Assembly (NCBI GenBank): GCA_963725665.1
Contig: CAVRZA010000002.1
Location: 320,001-384,000 of the forward strand
Direction of reading: 5' to 3'
Source of the DNA: an uncultured Actinomycetes bacterium
Lineage (GTDB): Bacteria > Actinomycetota > Thermoleophilia > UBA2241
Length of the DNA: 64,000 nucleotides
The position numbers and the translations under genes were made by a program. Below are positions 29,229 through 40,237 of this stretch, piece by piece; position 1 is the first letter of the stretch, and every line of letters starts with the position of its first letter. The notes beneath the pieces are model-generated. The model was not told the DNA's origin, did no database searches, and was given only the letters and a program-made list of their open reading frames with translations.

Positions 29229-30528
29229 GTGGTCGATAGCATGGGAGCCATGGAGCAGTACCGCGACTACGTGATGACGGGCTTCGTCAAGCGCATCGAG
29301 CCCGTGGTGGTCGATCACGGTGAGGGCGCGACGCTCTGGGACGTCGACGGCAAGGAGTACATCGACTGCTTCGCCGGCATCTCCGTGACCAACGCCGGGC
29401 ACGGCAACAAGAAGATCATCGAGGCGGCCAAGGCCCAGGCCGACAAGCTCGTCCACGCCTGCTCGTACGTCTACCACGTGGCGGCGGTCGGCGCCCTCGC
29501 GGAGAAGCTTGCCGAGATCACCCCCGGCAAGCTGCAGAAGACCTTCTTCTCCAACTCGGGCGCCGAGGCTCTCGAGGGCGCCATGCGCCTCGCCAAGCGC
29601 TACTCGGGCAAGAGCGAGTTCGTGGCGCTCGAGTCGAGCTTTCACGGGCGCACCAATGGCACCTTGTCGATCACCGGCAACTCGGGGCGCAAGAAGGGTG
29701 GCTACACCTACCTCTCGGGCATCGCCTTCGCGCCGGCGCCCTACTGCTACCGCTGCTTCGCCGAGACGACGCCCGACAAGTGCGGCATGTTGTGCGCCCG
29801 CCGCGTGAGCGAGGTCGCGCGCCTGCACCTCTCGGGCAACGTCTGCGCCTTCGTGGCCGAGCCGGTCATGGGCGAGGGCGGCATCATCGTGCCGCCCGAC
29901 GACTACTTCAAGGTCGTCAAGAAGGTCCTCGACGACGAGGGCCTGCTGTTCATCGCCGACGAGGTGCAGAGCGGCTTCGGACGCACGGGCAAGATGTTCG
30001 CCATCGAGCACTACGGCGTCGAGCCCGACATCCTGTGCATGGCCAAGGCCATCGCCGACGGCTGGCCGCTGGGCGCCTTCACCGCCACGGCCGAGATCGC
30101 CGACGCCTTCCAGGTCGGCGACCACCTCTCGACCTTCGGCGGCAACCCCGTCTCGTGCGCCGCGTCGCTGGCCAACATCGAGTTCTTTGAGGAGGCCGAC
30201 CTCTGCGGCCAGTCGGCCGCCAAGGGCGCCGACCTCAAGGCGCGCTTCGAGGAGCTCATGAAGAGCGAGGCGCTGATCGGCGAGGTGCGCGGCAAGGGTC
30301 TCATGGTCGGCGTCGAGCTCGTCGAGGACAGACAGACGCAAGGTGCCCGCTTCGGCGGCCGCCGGGTTCGTGCGTCAGTACTGTCTCGACAACGGCGTGC
30401 TGATCGGTGTGGGCGGCAACTTCGCCAGCGTCCTGCGCATCCAGCCGCCGCTCGTCATCAGCGAGCAGCAGGTCGACAAGACGTTCGCGACGGTGGCCAA
30501 CGGCATCAAGGCCTTCGCGAAGGCGTAG
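29229..30528 (+). CDS. Class III PLP aminotransferase (GabT/ArgD-like), frameshifted near 30339
   Basis: NSGAEA, FHGRT, DEVQSGFGRTG, AKAIADG, STFGGNP; C-terminus LRIQPPL in the shifted frame. Confidence 0.85.
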
Positions 30529-30648
30529 CCCAGGAGTAGACTACGCGTGTTGCCGGCCGCCACGCGCGCGGCCGGGCGCTGGGCGGGGCGGGAGCCCGAG
30601 TTCCACTCGGGCTCCCGCCCCGCCCGTTTGTCGTCTTGCGTCGCCGGT

Positions 30649-31113
30649 TCAGCTCCGGCCGTGCCCGTTGGCGACCGGACCGCCGGAGCCCCGGCGTCGC
30701 GCACGGCGCGCCGCGTGCTCCTGCAAGGCGAACATGGCCATCATCGCGGGGAAGATGAGGAGCACGGCGTACGGGGGCCGCGCGCCGCTCGCCTGCGTGC
30801 CGGCGAGACCCCAGGTCGATGTCCCGTCGAGGAGCGCGAAGGCGACGAACGCCGCGCACCCCACCACGGCGATGAGCACCTGGATGGCCGGGTAGGGTCT
30901 CATCCGGTCGCGGTGCTCCCACAGAATCAGGCCGATGCCGTTCACGGCCACGGCGAGAGCGATGAGCGCGGTGCCGGGCGAGGAGTCGTCGCGCAACGAG
31001 AGCGCCGCTCCGAGGATCACGAGCCAGAGCGTGGAGCCGATCTGGGCTCCGAACCATGCCCCGGCGTGCCACCGGAAAGCCCCGCCTTCGCGCGCTGGCC
31101 GCTGCGTCTCCAC
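30649..31113 (-). CDS. Hypothetical membrane protein
   Basis: Four hydrophobic segments; RBS GAGGAGG. Confidence 0.65.
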   Translation of the reverse strand: METQRPAREGGAFRWHAGAWFGAQIGSTLWLVILGAALSLRDDSSPGTALIALAVAVNGIGLILWEHRDRMRPYPAIQVLIAVVGCAAFVAFALLDGTSTWGLAGTQASGARPPYAVLLIFPAMMAMFALQEHAARRARRRGSGGPVANGHGRS

Positions 31114-31436
31114 GCCCGCACCTCCTCACTGCGATCGCCGTCCGCTCGTCGTCGTGCGAGCCCGGCGGCAGCTCCGGGGCCACCGCGATCTTTCGCCTTG
31201 GCGCCCGGCGCGGACGGTGTCGCTGCCCTCGAGGGTGTATATCGGCATCTGCCAGCCCCGAGAAAAGGTGACGGACCTGTGCCGCGAGCGGCTGCGACTT
31301 CGTCGTGGCCGACTTGAACGTGGAGCGCGATGTGGGTGCCGTCGACGATCGGATCGCGCCGAAGCTTCGCCGGCCGCCGAGGCGGCCGCTGCGGTAGGAT
31401 GGCGCCGATCGGCTTGGACGTCTTGGAGGAGGGACC

Positions 31437-31760
31437 ATGGACCACGACGCACCCGGTGTGAGCGACGCCTTCGCGACGTTCCAGCGCGAAGCGCCCAGGC
31501 ACGCGGAGGCTTGGATGGGCGCCGTAATGGGGCTTGGCGCGGCCGACGCGCTCGATGAGAAGACCTCCCATCTGGTCTACGTCGGCGTGCTCGCGGCGCT
31601 GCGCCTGGTGAGCGGGGTACCCTTCCACGTCAAGCTCGCCAAGCAGGCGGGGGCCTCGCGTGAGGAGGTCGTCTCGGCCGTCCTCATTGGGCTGCCGGCG
31701 GCCGGCAACGGCGTGACGCAGGCCTTGCCGGCCGCTCTCGCGGCCTACGACGAGGCTTGA
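31437..31760 (+). CDS. Carboxymuconolactone decarboxylase (CMD) family protein
   Basis: ALDEKT, GVPFH, AGASREEV. Confidence 0.88.
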   Translation: MDHDAPGVSDAFATFQREAPRHAEAWMGAVMGLGAADALDEKTSHLVYVGVLAALRLVSGVPFHVKLAKQAGASREEVVSAVLIGLPAAGNGVTQALPAALAAYDEA

Positions 31761-32527
31761 AGGCCGGCTGGATGGCGCGCGCCAAGCGAGTCTCCAGGGC
31801 GGTCGACCCGCGGCGGCAGGTGAGAAGGGTCATCGAGCTCCTCGACGGGCACTACGGGCGGCCCGTCTGGGCCGCCCGCCACGACCCCGTCGAGGAGCTC
31901 GTCTACACGGTGCTCTCGCAGAACACGGCCGATGTGAACACCGAGCGCACGTACGCGGCGCTGCGGGAGCGCTTCCCGACGTGGCGCGAGGTGCGCGACG
32001 CCCCGGTCGCCGCCGTCGAGGACGCCATCGCGCTCGGCGGCCTCTCGGCGACCAAGGCGCCGCGCATCAAGGCGATCCTGGCGGCCATCAGCGAGCGCCG
32101 CGGCGAGCCCGATCTGCGCGAGCTCGACGACCTGGACGACGCCGCGGCGCTCGCCTACCTGCAGCGGCTGCCCGGCGTCGGCCCCAAGACGGCGGCCTGC
32201 GTCCTCTTGTTCGCGCTCGGGCGTCCCGCGATGCCGGTCGATACGCACGTGCACCGCGTGGCCGGCCGGCTGGGCCTGATCGTCCCCCGCGTGAGCGCCG
32301 AGGACGCGCACGCGGTCCTCACCGCTCTTTCCGGCCCCGAGAACGTCTACCCGCTGCACGTCAACCTCGTGCGCCACGGCCGGGCCATCTGTCACGCGCG
32401 GCGTCCCGAGTGTCGGCGCTGCCCGCTGCTGCGGGTTTGTCCTGCGGCGGAGGGCTTCCTGCGGGAGCGCGACGAACCGCAGGAGCGCCGACGCACCCCG
32501 AGACGGGCGTCGTCGGCGCAGGGCTAG
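31757..32527 (+). CDS. nth: Endonuclease III-like HhH-GPD glycosylase
   Basis: LSQNT, LPGVGPKTA, VDTHVHR, C-x6-C-x2-C-x5-C cluster. Confidence 0.88.
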   Translation: MKAGWMARAKRVSRAVDPRRQVRRVIELLDGHYGRPVWAARHDPVEELVYTVLSQNTADVNTERTYAALRERFPTWREVRDAPVAAVEDAIALGGLSATKAPRIKAILAAISERRGEPDLRELDDLDDAAALAYLQRLPGVGPKTAACVLLFALGRPAMPVDTHVHRVAGRLGLIVPRVSAEDAHAVLTALSGPENVYPLHVNLVRHGRAICHARRPECRRCPLLRVCPAAEGFLRERDEPQERRRTPRRASSAQG

Positions 32528-33549
32528 AGGACGGGGGAGGCGGCGCTCGAGGCGGCTGAGCTCCGCCGGGCGGTGCGTGCGCCCCAGCTCCAGGAAAGCT
32601 CGCTTGTGCAGGAGTGCTCGTTGAAGCCTTCGCTGCGATAGATGTGCTCGGCGTCGGGCGTATCGGAGTAGACGGTGAGCTTGACGCTGTTGAAGCCGAG
32701 CTGACGCCCAGTGTCGATGGCCGCTCGCAGGAGCTGTCTGCCGAGCCCGCGCCCGCGGTATCTCGCCACCACCCCGAGCCGCGCGACGAAGTTCATTGCC
32801 GTGCGTCCCTCGTAGTGACGTAGGACCTGTACGCAGCCGGCCAGGTCGCGGCCCTCGTAGAGGAACAGGGCGCCGTCGCGTATCAGCCACACGTCGCCGG
32901 GCAGAGGGCGGAAGTTCTCGGGCATAGCCGGGATGAGCGACGGCGGCAGGAAGGCTTCGTTGAAGCGGGCCGCGATCTGACGCTCGTTGCCGGGGATGAT
33001 GTCGCGCACGAGGCGAAACCCTTCGGGGAAGCGCGGGCCCGGGTAATCGCGCGGTGGCGTGAAGACGAGGTAGCGGCAGCGCCGCACGCGGCTGAACCCT
33101 ATGTCCTCGAGGTGGGACTGCTCCGCCCGCATGGTACGGTCGTCGAGGAACGTGAACATGCCCTCGAGCGGGAGGTCGTCGCCGAGCAGCTTCTCCCTCG
33201 CGGTCTCGATGAGGGTGCGGATCGGGCCGGGACCCGGATACCGCGGCTCGACGTACAGCACCTCCATGTACGCCCGGCCGCCCGCCAGGTACTGCCGCTT
33301 GGTCGACATGAGCGAGACGCCGACCGCGCGATGGCGCCTCGTGAGCACTGTGATATCGCGCTCGGGGTGCGAGCCAGGGCCCAGGTATGCCGCGCGAAAC
33401 GAAGCGGCGCTGTACGGCACGACCGCCTCCGACAACGCGGCGCACGATCTGATCAGGCCGAGCACCTGGCCGAGCTTCGACTCCTCGAAGTCCCTCACGT
33501 GCAGGCCCTCGATCGTCTTCGCCGCGTCCCCTCTTCTGTGCCAGAGCAT
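32524..33549 (-). CDS. Tandem GNAT acetyltransferase
   Basis: RGRGLGRQLL, IYRSEGF; -10 TATGCT 7 nt upstream of ATG (leaderless). Confidence 0.75.
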   Translation of the reverse strand: MLWHRRGDAAKTIEGLHVRDFEESKLGQVLGLIRSCAALSEAVVPYSAASFRAAYLGPGSHPERDITVLTRRHRAVGVSLMSTKRQYLAGGRAYMEVLYVEPRYPGPGPIRTLIETAREKLLGDDLPLEGMFTFLDDRTMRAEQSHLEDIGFSRVRRCRYLVFTPPRDYPGPRFPEGFRLVRDIIPGNERQIAARFNEAFLPPSLIPAMPENFRPLPGDVWLIRDGALFLYEGRDLAGCVQVLRHYEGRTAMNFVARLGVVARYRGRGLGRQLLRAAIDTGRQLGFNSVKLTVYSDTPDAEHIYRSEGFNEHSCTSELSWSWGARTARRSSAASSAASPVL

Positions 33550-33640
33550 GGGCACCAGCATACTCCGCCGCCGATGTCTTGCACCCGTCGCGGACGAGGA
33601 GCGTCGCTGAACTGAGCGTTGCGAGTCCCACGACGATCAT

Positions 33641-33688
33641 TACCCCCGGCGGGTATCGTTGACGTGGCGCACCTCGCGGCCCTATTCT
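33641..33688 (+). promoter_or_regulatory. CsoR-like operator followed by promoter TTGACG-N18-TATTCT
   Basis: TACCCCCGGCGGGTA at 33641-33655. Confidence 0.55.
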
Positions 33689-33803
33689 AGACGAAAGTGG
33701 TGTTTCTGACTTTTTTTGTCAGATTTGCCATCCACGGGCCCGCCTGCGGCGTCGACCAGGGCGAACGGCGTGTCGACAGGGCGCGCAGAGACTCACATGA
33801 CAT

Positions 33804-34472
33804 ATGAGCCGCCCGGCGTTCGCCGGGCACGGACGAAGGAGCACGAGGGTGGCCAAGCGCAGACAGCATCGCTCCGGCGGGGGTGCCCGGTCGGGTTCGG
33901 CAGCGTCGCGGCAGACGACGGTCTCCAGGAACTCGACGCGTGCGGGCGGCGGGTCAAGCGCACGAGAGCAGAAGCGTGCGCAGTTCACCGGCGACTCCTC
34001 GGCCGCCCGCTCCCGTCGTCCCCTCATCGTCGCCGCTGCCGCCGCAGTCGCCGTCCTGGCTGTTGCGGGCGCCCTGCTTCTGACCCGCGGAGGTGGCGGC
34101 TCGGAGTTCGCGCAGGCGAGCACCGCGCAGGGCAAGGTGGAGATCCCGCTCTCGCAAGTGACGGACGGCAAGGCGCACTTCTACACCTATGAGAGCGGCG
34201 GCACGAAGGTGAACTACTTCGTCCTGGAGAGCCCCGACGGCACCGTGCGCGCGGCCTTCGACGCTTGCGACGTCTGCTACCCGTACAAGAAGGGCTATCA
34301 CCAGAGCGGCGACTTCATGCAGTGCAACAACTGCGGTCGCCGCTTCCGCTCCGACCAGATCAACGTCCTCGAGGGTGGGTGCAACCCGGCTCCGCTCGAT
34401 CGCAAGGTGGTCGGCAGCCAGCTCGTCATCACGACGACCGACCTCGAGGCCGGAGCGCACTACTTCCTCTGA
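33804..34472 (+). CDS. DUF2318 membrane-anchored Fe-S-type protein
   Basis: TM helix, AFDACDVC, CNNCG, GGCNP. Confidence 0.85.
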   Translation: MSRPAFAGHGRRSTRVAKRRQHRSGGGARSGSAASRQTTVSRNSTRAGGGSSAREQKRAQFTGDSSAARSRRPLIVAAAAAVAVLAVAGALLLTRGGGGSEFAQASTAQGKVEIPLSQVTDGKAHFYTYESGGTKVNYFVLESPDGTVRAAFDACDVCYPYKKGYHQSGDFMQCNNCGRRFRSDQINVLEGGCNPAPLDRKVVGSQLVITTTDLEAGAHYFL

Positions 34473-34506
34473 TCGGTCCTCCGGCGCATAGGCGGTCACT
34501 GGCGGC

Positions 34507-35664
34507 ATGAACCTGTTCTCGCTCGCCCTGAGCAACCTGCGACGGCGCAAGTCGCGCCTGCTCTTTCTGGTCGCCGGCCTCGTGGTCGGCATCGCCACCA
34601 TTGTGACCCTGCTGTCGCTGCAGAGAGCGCTGACCGTCGACGCGCAGAACAACCTCGAGAGCTACGGGGCGAACATAGTCGTCAGCCCCAAGAGCGACGA
34701 CCTGTCCCTGACCTACGGCGGCGTCGCCCTCGGCGGCGTCGCCCTTGCTCCTCGCGACCTGAGCATGAGGGACGTGGCGCGTATTCGCAGCATCCCCAAC
34801 CGCCGCAACGTGGCCATCGTGGCCCCCGAGCTGCTCGGGGTGACACACGTCGGCGGGCAAGAGGCCCTGCTCATGGGCGTCAAGCTCGACCAGGAGTTCA
34901 GGCTCAAGAAATGGTGGTCGATCGACGGGCGTGCCATTCAGAAGCCTGACGAGCTGGTCGCGGGCAGCGCGGTGGCGAAGCGGCTGGGTCTCGTCATGGG
35001 CGAGCCGGTCCAGGTGGGCGGAAGGTCGCTGACTCTCGTCGGCATCATCCGGGAGACTGGATCGCAGGACGACAACCTGCTGATCACCGACCTCGGCGTG
35101 GCCCAGGCGGTGCTGAACAAGCCCGGCAAGGCGACGATGGTCGAGGTGGCTGCCCTCTGCTCCAACTGTCCCATCGAGAAGATGGTCACGCAGATCTCGG
35201 GCATCTTCCCCGGCGCCAAGGTGTCTGCGGTCCAGCAGGTGGTAAAGGGCAGGATGCACGCCCTCGACCAGTTCCGCTCTTTCGGTCTTGCGCTCGCCGG
35301 CGTCGTCATCGCCATCGAAGCCCTGGTGGTCTTCATCACGGTCATGGGCTCGGTCACGGAGCGCACGCGCGAGATCGGCATCTTCAGGGCGCTCGGTTTC
35401 AGGCGCGGTCACGTCGTCGGTCTCATCCTCATCGAGGCCCTGGCCACCGCCGCGCTCGCCGGCGTGCTCGCCTACGTCGCGGGCATCGCCGTCACGGCCG
35501 TCCTCGTGCCCTTCCTGGCGCGCGGGCCAGTTGCCCTCGACTGGGAGCCGATGCTGCTCGGCGTGGCTGTCGCGCTCTCCCTCGTGGTGGGCGGTCTCGC
35601 GTCGCTCTACCCGGCGCTGCGGGCGAGCCACCTCGACCCGACCGAGGCGCTGCGCGCGCTCTAG
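34507..35664 (+). CDS. ABC transporter permease (FtsX/MacB-like)
   Basis: NLRRRKSR, ERTREIGIFRALG, YPALRASHLDP; extracytoplasmic CSNC motif. Confidence 0.9.
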   Translation: MNLFSLALSNLRRRKSRLLFLVAGLVVGIATIVTLLSLQRALTVDAQNNLESYGANIVVSPKSDDLSLTYGGVALGGVALAPRDLSMRDVARIRSIPNRRNVAIVAPELLGVTHVGGQEALLMGVKLDQEFRLKKWWSIDGRAIQKPDELVAGSAVAKRLGLVMGEPVQVGGRSLTLVGIIRETGSQDDNLLITDLGVAQAVLNKPGKATMVEVAALCSNCPIEKMVTQISGIFPGAKVSAVQQVVKGRMHALDQFRSFGLALAGVVIAIEALVVFITVMGSVTERTREIGIFRALGFRRGHVVGLILIEALATAALAGVLAYVAGIAVTAVLVPFLARGPVALDWEPMLLGVAVALSLVVGGLASLYPALRASHLDPTEALRAL

Positions 35665-35668
35665 GACG

Positions 35669-36514
35669 ATGTCTGTGAGGAGCACGGTGCAAGGATCACG
35701 GGCCGAGACCGGCGATCTCGCTGCCGCCGAGGCCGGCGAGTCGATGGCACCGGCTGCCGCCGAGGCCGGCGAGTCGCCGGCGTTCGCCGGCGGCGAAGCA
35801 CGCGAGCCGATGCCGACGGTCAGCGTCGAGAGCGACCCACCGGCCTCGTTCATCGAGATCGCCGGTCTCGAGAAGGTCTACACGGGCGAGGCGGCGGTGC
35901 CCGTGCATGCTCTCAAGGGCATCGATCTGCGCGTCGACGAAGGGGCGTTCATCGGCGTCATGGGGCAGTCGGGGTCGGGCAAGAGCACCCTCCTGTCGAT
36001 CCTCGGCGGCCTCAGCCACCCCACGCGGGGGCGCGTGCTCGTCGACGGCATCGACCTCTACCGCCTGCCCGGAGAGCGTCTGGCCGACTTCAGGCGCGAG
36101 TACATCGGCTTCGTCTTCCAGGCGTTCAACCTGATCCCGTACTTGAACGCCGTCGAGAACGTGATGCTGCCTCTGAGCGTCAAGCGTCTGCCGCGCGGCG
36201 AGAAGCGCGAGCGAGCGCAGGAGGTGCTCACGCGCGTCGGCCTCTCGGCTCGCCTCGACCATCTTCCCAGTCAGCTTTCGGGGGGCGAGCAGGAGCGCGT
36301 GGCCATCGCCCGCGCCCTCGTCAACGAGCCGCCACTCGTCCTCGCCGATGAGCCCACCGGCAGCCTCGACACCGCGACGACGGCGGAGATCATGGAGCTA
36401 CTGCGGGAGCTCAATGAGGAGGGGCAGACGATGGTGATGGTGACCCACAACGCGGAGAACCGACGCTACTTCGATCGCACCGTCGTCCTGCGCGACGGGC
36501 TTCTCACCTCCTAA
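35669..36514 (+). CDS. ABC transporter ATP-binding protein (LolD-like)
   Basis: [23 protein letters not shown]; N-terminal 33-bp repeat (AAAEAGES x2). Confidence 0.92.
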   Translation: MSVRSTVQGSRAETGDLAAAEAGESMAPAAAEAGESPAFAGGEAREPMPTVSVESDPPASFIEIAGLEKVYTGEAAVPVHALKGIDLRVDEGAFIGVMGQSGSGKSTLLSILGGLSHPTRGRVLVDGIDLYRLPGERLADFRREYIGFVFQAFNLIPYLNAVENVMLPLSVKRLPRGEKRERAQEVLTRVGLSARLDHLPSQLSGGEQERVAIARALVNEPPLVLADEPTGSLDTATTAEIMELLRELNEEGQTMVMVTHNAENRRYFDRTVVLRDGLLTS

Positions 36515-36705
36515 CCGCCTGAGATCCCGGAGCCGCCTGGGAGAGGCCGGCGCAGTGGCTCAGCCGGATGACGCCCTTCTTCTACTCGGCGCTGCTCGCC
36601 CCGGCCAACCGCCTGGCAGGCGGCGGGCCAGCCGTCGCGCGTGGGGCCCTGACAGGGGCCGTGCCCGGGGATAGGCTTCGCGCAGGCGAACCGAGGAAGG
36701 CAGAG

Positions 36706-37137
36706 ATGATCGAGAGCGGGAGCGAGGCGACGAAGTACGTTGCGGCGCACATCGACGACATCCCCAACATCCCTTACGAGTGGGCGCCCGAGACGGAGTG
36801 GAAGCCGCTACGGCGTTTCTTCGGCATCGGCTCGTTCGGCACCAACCTCTTCCGGGCGGTCAAGGCGGGCGACGTGCTCACCGAGGACCACACCGAGGAC
36901 CCCGATTCGGGGACCAGGCACGAGGAGCTGTACCTCGTCGTGAGCGGCCACGCCACGTTCAAGGTCGACGATGAGGAGTTCGACGCGCCGGCGGGCACCT
37001 TTGTCTACGTTCCTGACCCGACCTCGGTACGCGGCGCGGTCGCGAGGGACGCGGGCACTGCCCTGCTCGCCGTCGGCGGCGAGCCCGGCGCCGTCTTCAG
37101 CCCGTCGGAATGGGACCGCGAGCCCCTGCCGGAGTGA
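36706..37137 (+). CDS. Cupin-domain protein
   Basis: DHTE...HEELYLVVSG...APAGTFVYV. Confidence 0.8.
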   Translation: MIESGSEATKYVAAHIDDIPNIPYEWAPETEWKPLRRFFGIGSFGTNLFRAVKAGDVLTEDHTEDPDSGTRHEELYLVVSGHATFKVDDEEFDAPAGTFVYVPDPTSVRGAVARDAGTALLAVGGEPGAVFSPSEWDREPLPE

Positions 37138-37463
37138 GGTGAGGGGAAGTGGCGACGGACGCCGGTATCGGCAGGCCCGAAGGGCCCGAGAAGGCGGATG
37201 ACGTCAGCGAGATAGGTCGCCCGGCGCCCGACCCCGCTACCGGCGCGAAACCATCGGCCGGTCTTGCCCCGGGCGGGGGTGCGGTGCGGGGGGACACGGA
37301 GGAGGGTTCGACCGCGCAGGCTTCACCGGCGAAACGTGAGTATCCGGCCCACAGCGACGGTGTCGTCTGCCGCTGTGCGGTGCACTGGAGAAGAGAGACG
37401 ATCGCGAGGGGCCTGAACCGTCTCTTCGCCGAGGGCGAAGAGACGTCGGACCCGTAGACCTCG

Positions 37464-37808
37464 CTAGACCTCGCTCATCACCTCGTCCTGGGTCAGGGCG
37501 ATGCTGACCTCTTTCGGGAGCGCCAGACCGGACGCGATGCGCAGCGCTTTGATGAGTGAGGCCGGAACCACGCAATCGGTGCACACGCGGGCCGTCCTGC
37601 CGGCGCCCAGGATCTCGCTCTCGCGTCGCGTGTCGATCTCGTGGTAGGCGTCGAAGCCCTCCTCGCGGGTGACCAGCTCCGCCAGGCGCTCGATGTTGGC
37701 GCAGGTGGTCTCCATGGCGAACGACACCTTGCGCGTGTCGGGCGTAGAGGCGTACGCGGTGGTCTTGTGCAGGCAGATCCCCGCCTCGATGTCGACACGA
37801 CCCTGCAC
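37464..37808 (-). CDS. Small Cys-rich protein (DUF6951-like)
   Basis: GTG with RBS AAGGAG; AGIC, TCANI, CTDCVVP, GLALPK. Confidence 0.65.
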   Translation of the reverse strand: MQGRVDIEAGICLHKTTAYASTPDTRKVSFAMETTCANIERLAELVTREEGFDAYHEIDTRRESEILGAGRTARVCTDCVVPASLIKALRIASGLALPKEVSIALTQDEVMSEV

Positions 37809-37848
37809 GGCGCACTCCTTCTGCTCGGTTCCTGGACTGATCGGCAGC

Positions 37849-37877
37849 AAAGATACCCCTGTGGGTATCCTCGTCAA
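37849..37877 (-). promoter_or_regulatory. Promoter TTGACG-N16-TATCTT with a CsoR-like operator overlapping the spacer and -10
   Basis: GATACCCCTGTGGGTATC at 37852-37869. Confidence 0.65.
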
Positions 37878-38008
37878 GCGTTGCCTGGGAAGGCGGGCTG
37901 GCCGATAGCGAACGCCGACCGAGGATCGCCGCGCTGCGTGGAGGCGCCGGCGGCGAGGTGTAGGGACCTCGCCGCCGGCGCCTAACCAGCTTCTGACTTC
38001 GGGGAGGG

Positions 38009-38464
38009 CTACTCCTTGGCGGGAACCACCAGGACCGGCACGTGAGCCGTGTGCAGCAGCTCCTGGGTGGTGGAGCCGAGCACCGTGGTCGTCTCGGAGG
38101 CGCCGGCGCCTCGCGCGCCGACCACGATCATGTCGGCGTCGACGTCGCGTGCCACCGTGACCACGATCGAGGCCGGGTTCCCCCGGCTGCAGGCCGTGGC
38201 CGCTTCGATCCCGGCGGCCCGCGCCGTCTTGGCCGCCTCCTCAAGATCGTCGTTGATCTTCGTCTCCATCTCGTCCCAGAGCTTCTCCATTTCCATGGCC
38301 GACTTCCAGAGCGGCTCGTAGCCGAGCCAGCCCGGCCGCCGGTCGTGGCCACAGGTGATGACGATCTTGGTACCTTGCCTGCCTTCGGCAAGATCGATGG
38401 TCGCCTTCAGGGCGTCCTTCGCAGCCGTCGAGCCGTCGTAGCCCACGACGAAGGTGCTCGCCAT
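38009..38464 (-). CDS. Universal stress protein
   Basis: VVGYDGS, IVVGARG, LGST, VPVLVV. Confidence 0.92.
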   Translation of the reverse strand: MASTFVVGYDGSTAAKDALKATIDLAEGRQGTKIVITCGHDRRPGWLGYEPLWKSAMEMEKLWDEMETKINDDLEEAAKTARAAGIEAATACSRGNPASIVVTVARDVDADMIVVGARGAGASETTTVLGSTTQELLHTAHVPVLVVPAKE

Positions 38465-38613
38465 AGCTCGTCCCCCTCTCGCTTCGTTTGGCACCGACCG
38501 ACGGGCAGTCGGCCGAAGGAAGCCGGCCGGGGCCGCCTTCCTGAGTCAATGCGGGTGCGCGGCGCGACCGTGAGTCGCGCCGCGCACCCCTAGGAACAGG
38601 CCGCCAGCGGCCG

Positions 38614-40237
38614 TCAGCCCGTCTCGCGCACGCCGGCGAAGAACTCGGCGTGGTCGTCGACGGGAGCCGCGGCGATGGCGTCGAGCCTCTCTTGCGGTGG
38701 CGGCGCCGTGACTAGGGTCACGACGATGCACGTAACGACACCGGCGATGACACCCCAGACCGCGTAGCCGAGCGCGCTCGCCGCCAGCTGGGACGGCCAG
38801 TAGTCGAACTCGAGCACGTACTTCTCGACGAAGTAGCCGATGAAGGCCGTGAGGCCACCTACCAGCGAACCGGCGAAGGCACCGCGCAGGTTGGCGCGCT
38901 TCCAGAACATCGCGAACACCGGCACCGCCACGCCGGCCGATAGGACGCCGCTCGACAGATAGTAGGCGTCCCACAATCCCTTCGGCAGGAGGTCGATGCC
39001 GAACGCGAAGAGGATCATCAGGAAGCACACGATGAGCGACCAGGCACGGCTCCAGGCCATGATCTTGCTGTCGCTCCAACCGCGCTTGCGGTACACGAGC
39101 GGCTGCAGGACGTCGTAGCTGATGTTCATGGCGCAGACGTTGGTGAAGGTCGCCATCGTCGACATCGACAGCGCGGCCAGCATGGGGAACAGGATGATAG
39201 AGGGCCCAGATCGGGAACTCCTGGCTCAAGAAGATGGTCATGATCTGGTAGGCGTCGCCGCCGAGCACAGCATCGTAGGCCGTCTTCGGCGGGAAGACAA
39301 CGAGAGCCAAGAGACCGAAGATGCTCGGCAGGATGAGCACCCAGATGTAGTTGTAGATGAGGTTGGCCCAGATGCCCTTGCGCGCCGCCTTCGTGTCCTT
39401 GGCCGACTGCGCCTTGAGCCACCAGTCCTCCTCGATCACCCACCCGGGAAGCAGGGCGACGATGGAGATGAAGATATACGGCACCCCCAGCGGGATAAGG
39501 CTCCAGGCGCTATAGCCCTCTCCGCTACCGGGCGGCACGACCCTTTTCAAATAGTCGTACATGCTCACCCCGGAGGGCAGGTCGCGGTAGGCGACGACGA
39601 CCATGGCGACGGTGACCACGGTGACGAAGATGATCGCCATGAAGAACTGCAGCACGTTGGAGTTGATCACCGAGTGGAAGCCGCCCATCCACATGTAGAT
39701 GGCGATCGGGATGCTGAACGCGAGGTACATCACCCACGGTTGCACGCCGAACTCGGGGGCGACGATGTGGGCGATAGTCCACACCTCGGCCGCCGACCAG
39801 ATGATGAAGGTGAAGATGTTGAACGGGCTCACCAGCACGCGCAGCGGGAGTCCGAAGCGGTTCTGCAGCATCTGCGGCTGCGAGATCGCCTTGATCGATC
39901 GCACCTTGGGCACCAACGCGACCATGCAGAACAGGAGGATGGACCAGGGTATCACCATCACCCAGATCCCCCCGAGGCCGTACATGTAGGTGCTATAGAT
40001 CGCCCAGGTGATGAAGCCGATCAGCAGCCACCCGGCGGCGATGCTGCAGCCCACGAGCAGCGCGCTTGTCGACCGGCTGGCCACCCAGTAATCCTTCTGC
40101 TGATCGTCCGCAGACCTCTTTCGGAGCATGCGGTAGATGGACTGGCCTATCCACAGGATGACCACGAAGTAGGCGATCATCGCCACCCAGAACCAGATGG
40201 CATGGCTCCCAACGGTGTCGGTTGCGGCTGCAACCAT
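38614..40237 (-). CDS. Sodium:solute symporter family transporter, frameshifted near 39199
   Basis: Many TM helices, DYWVASR, WMGGFHSV, AALSMST, FWKRAN; frame switch at ...WAL/IILFPM. Confidence 0.8.

Noticed and set aside
37149-37457. 102-aa ORF after the cupin gene
   Set aside because: Possible RBS but low-complexity sequence and no recognisable motif; not supportable as a feature
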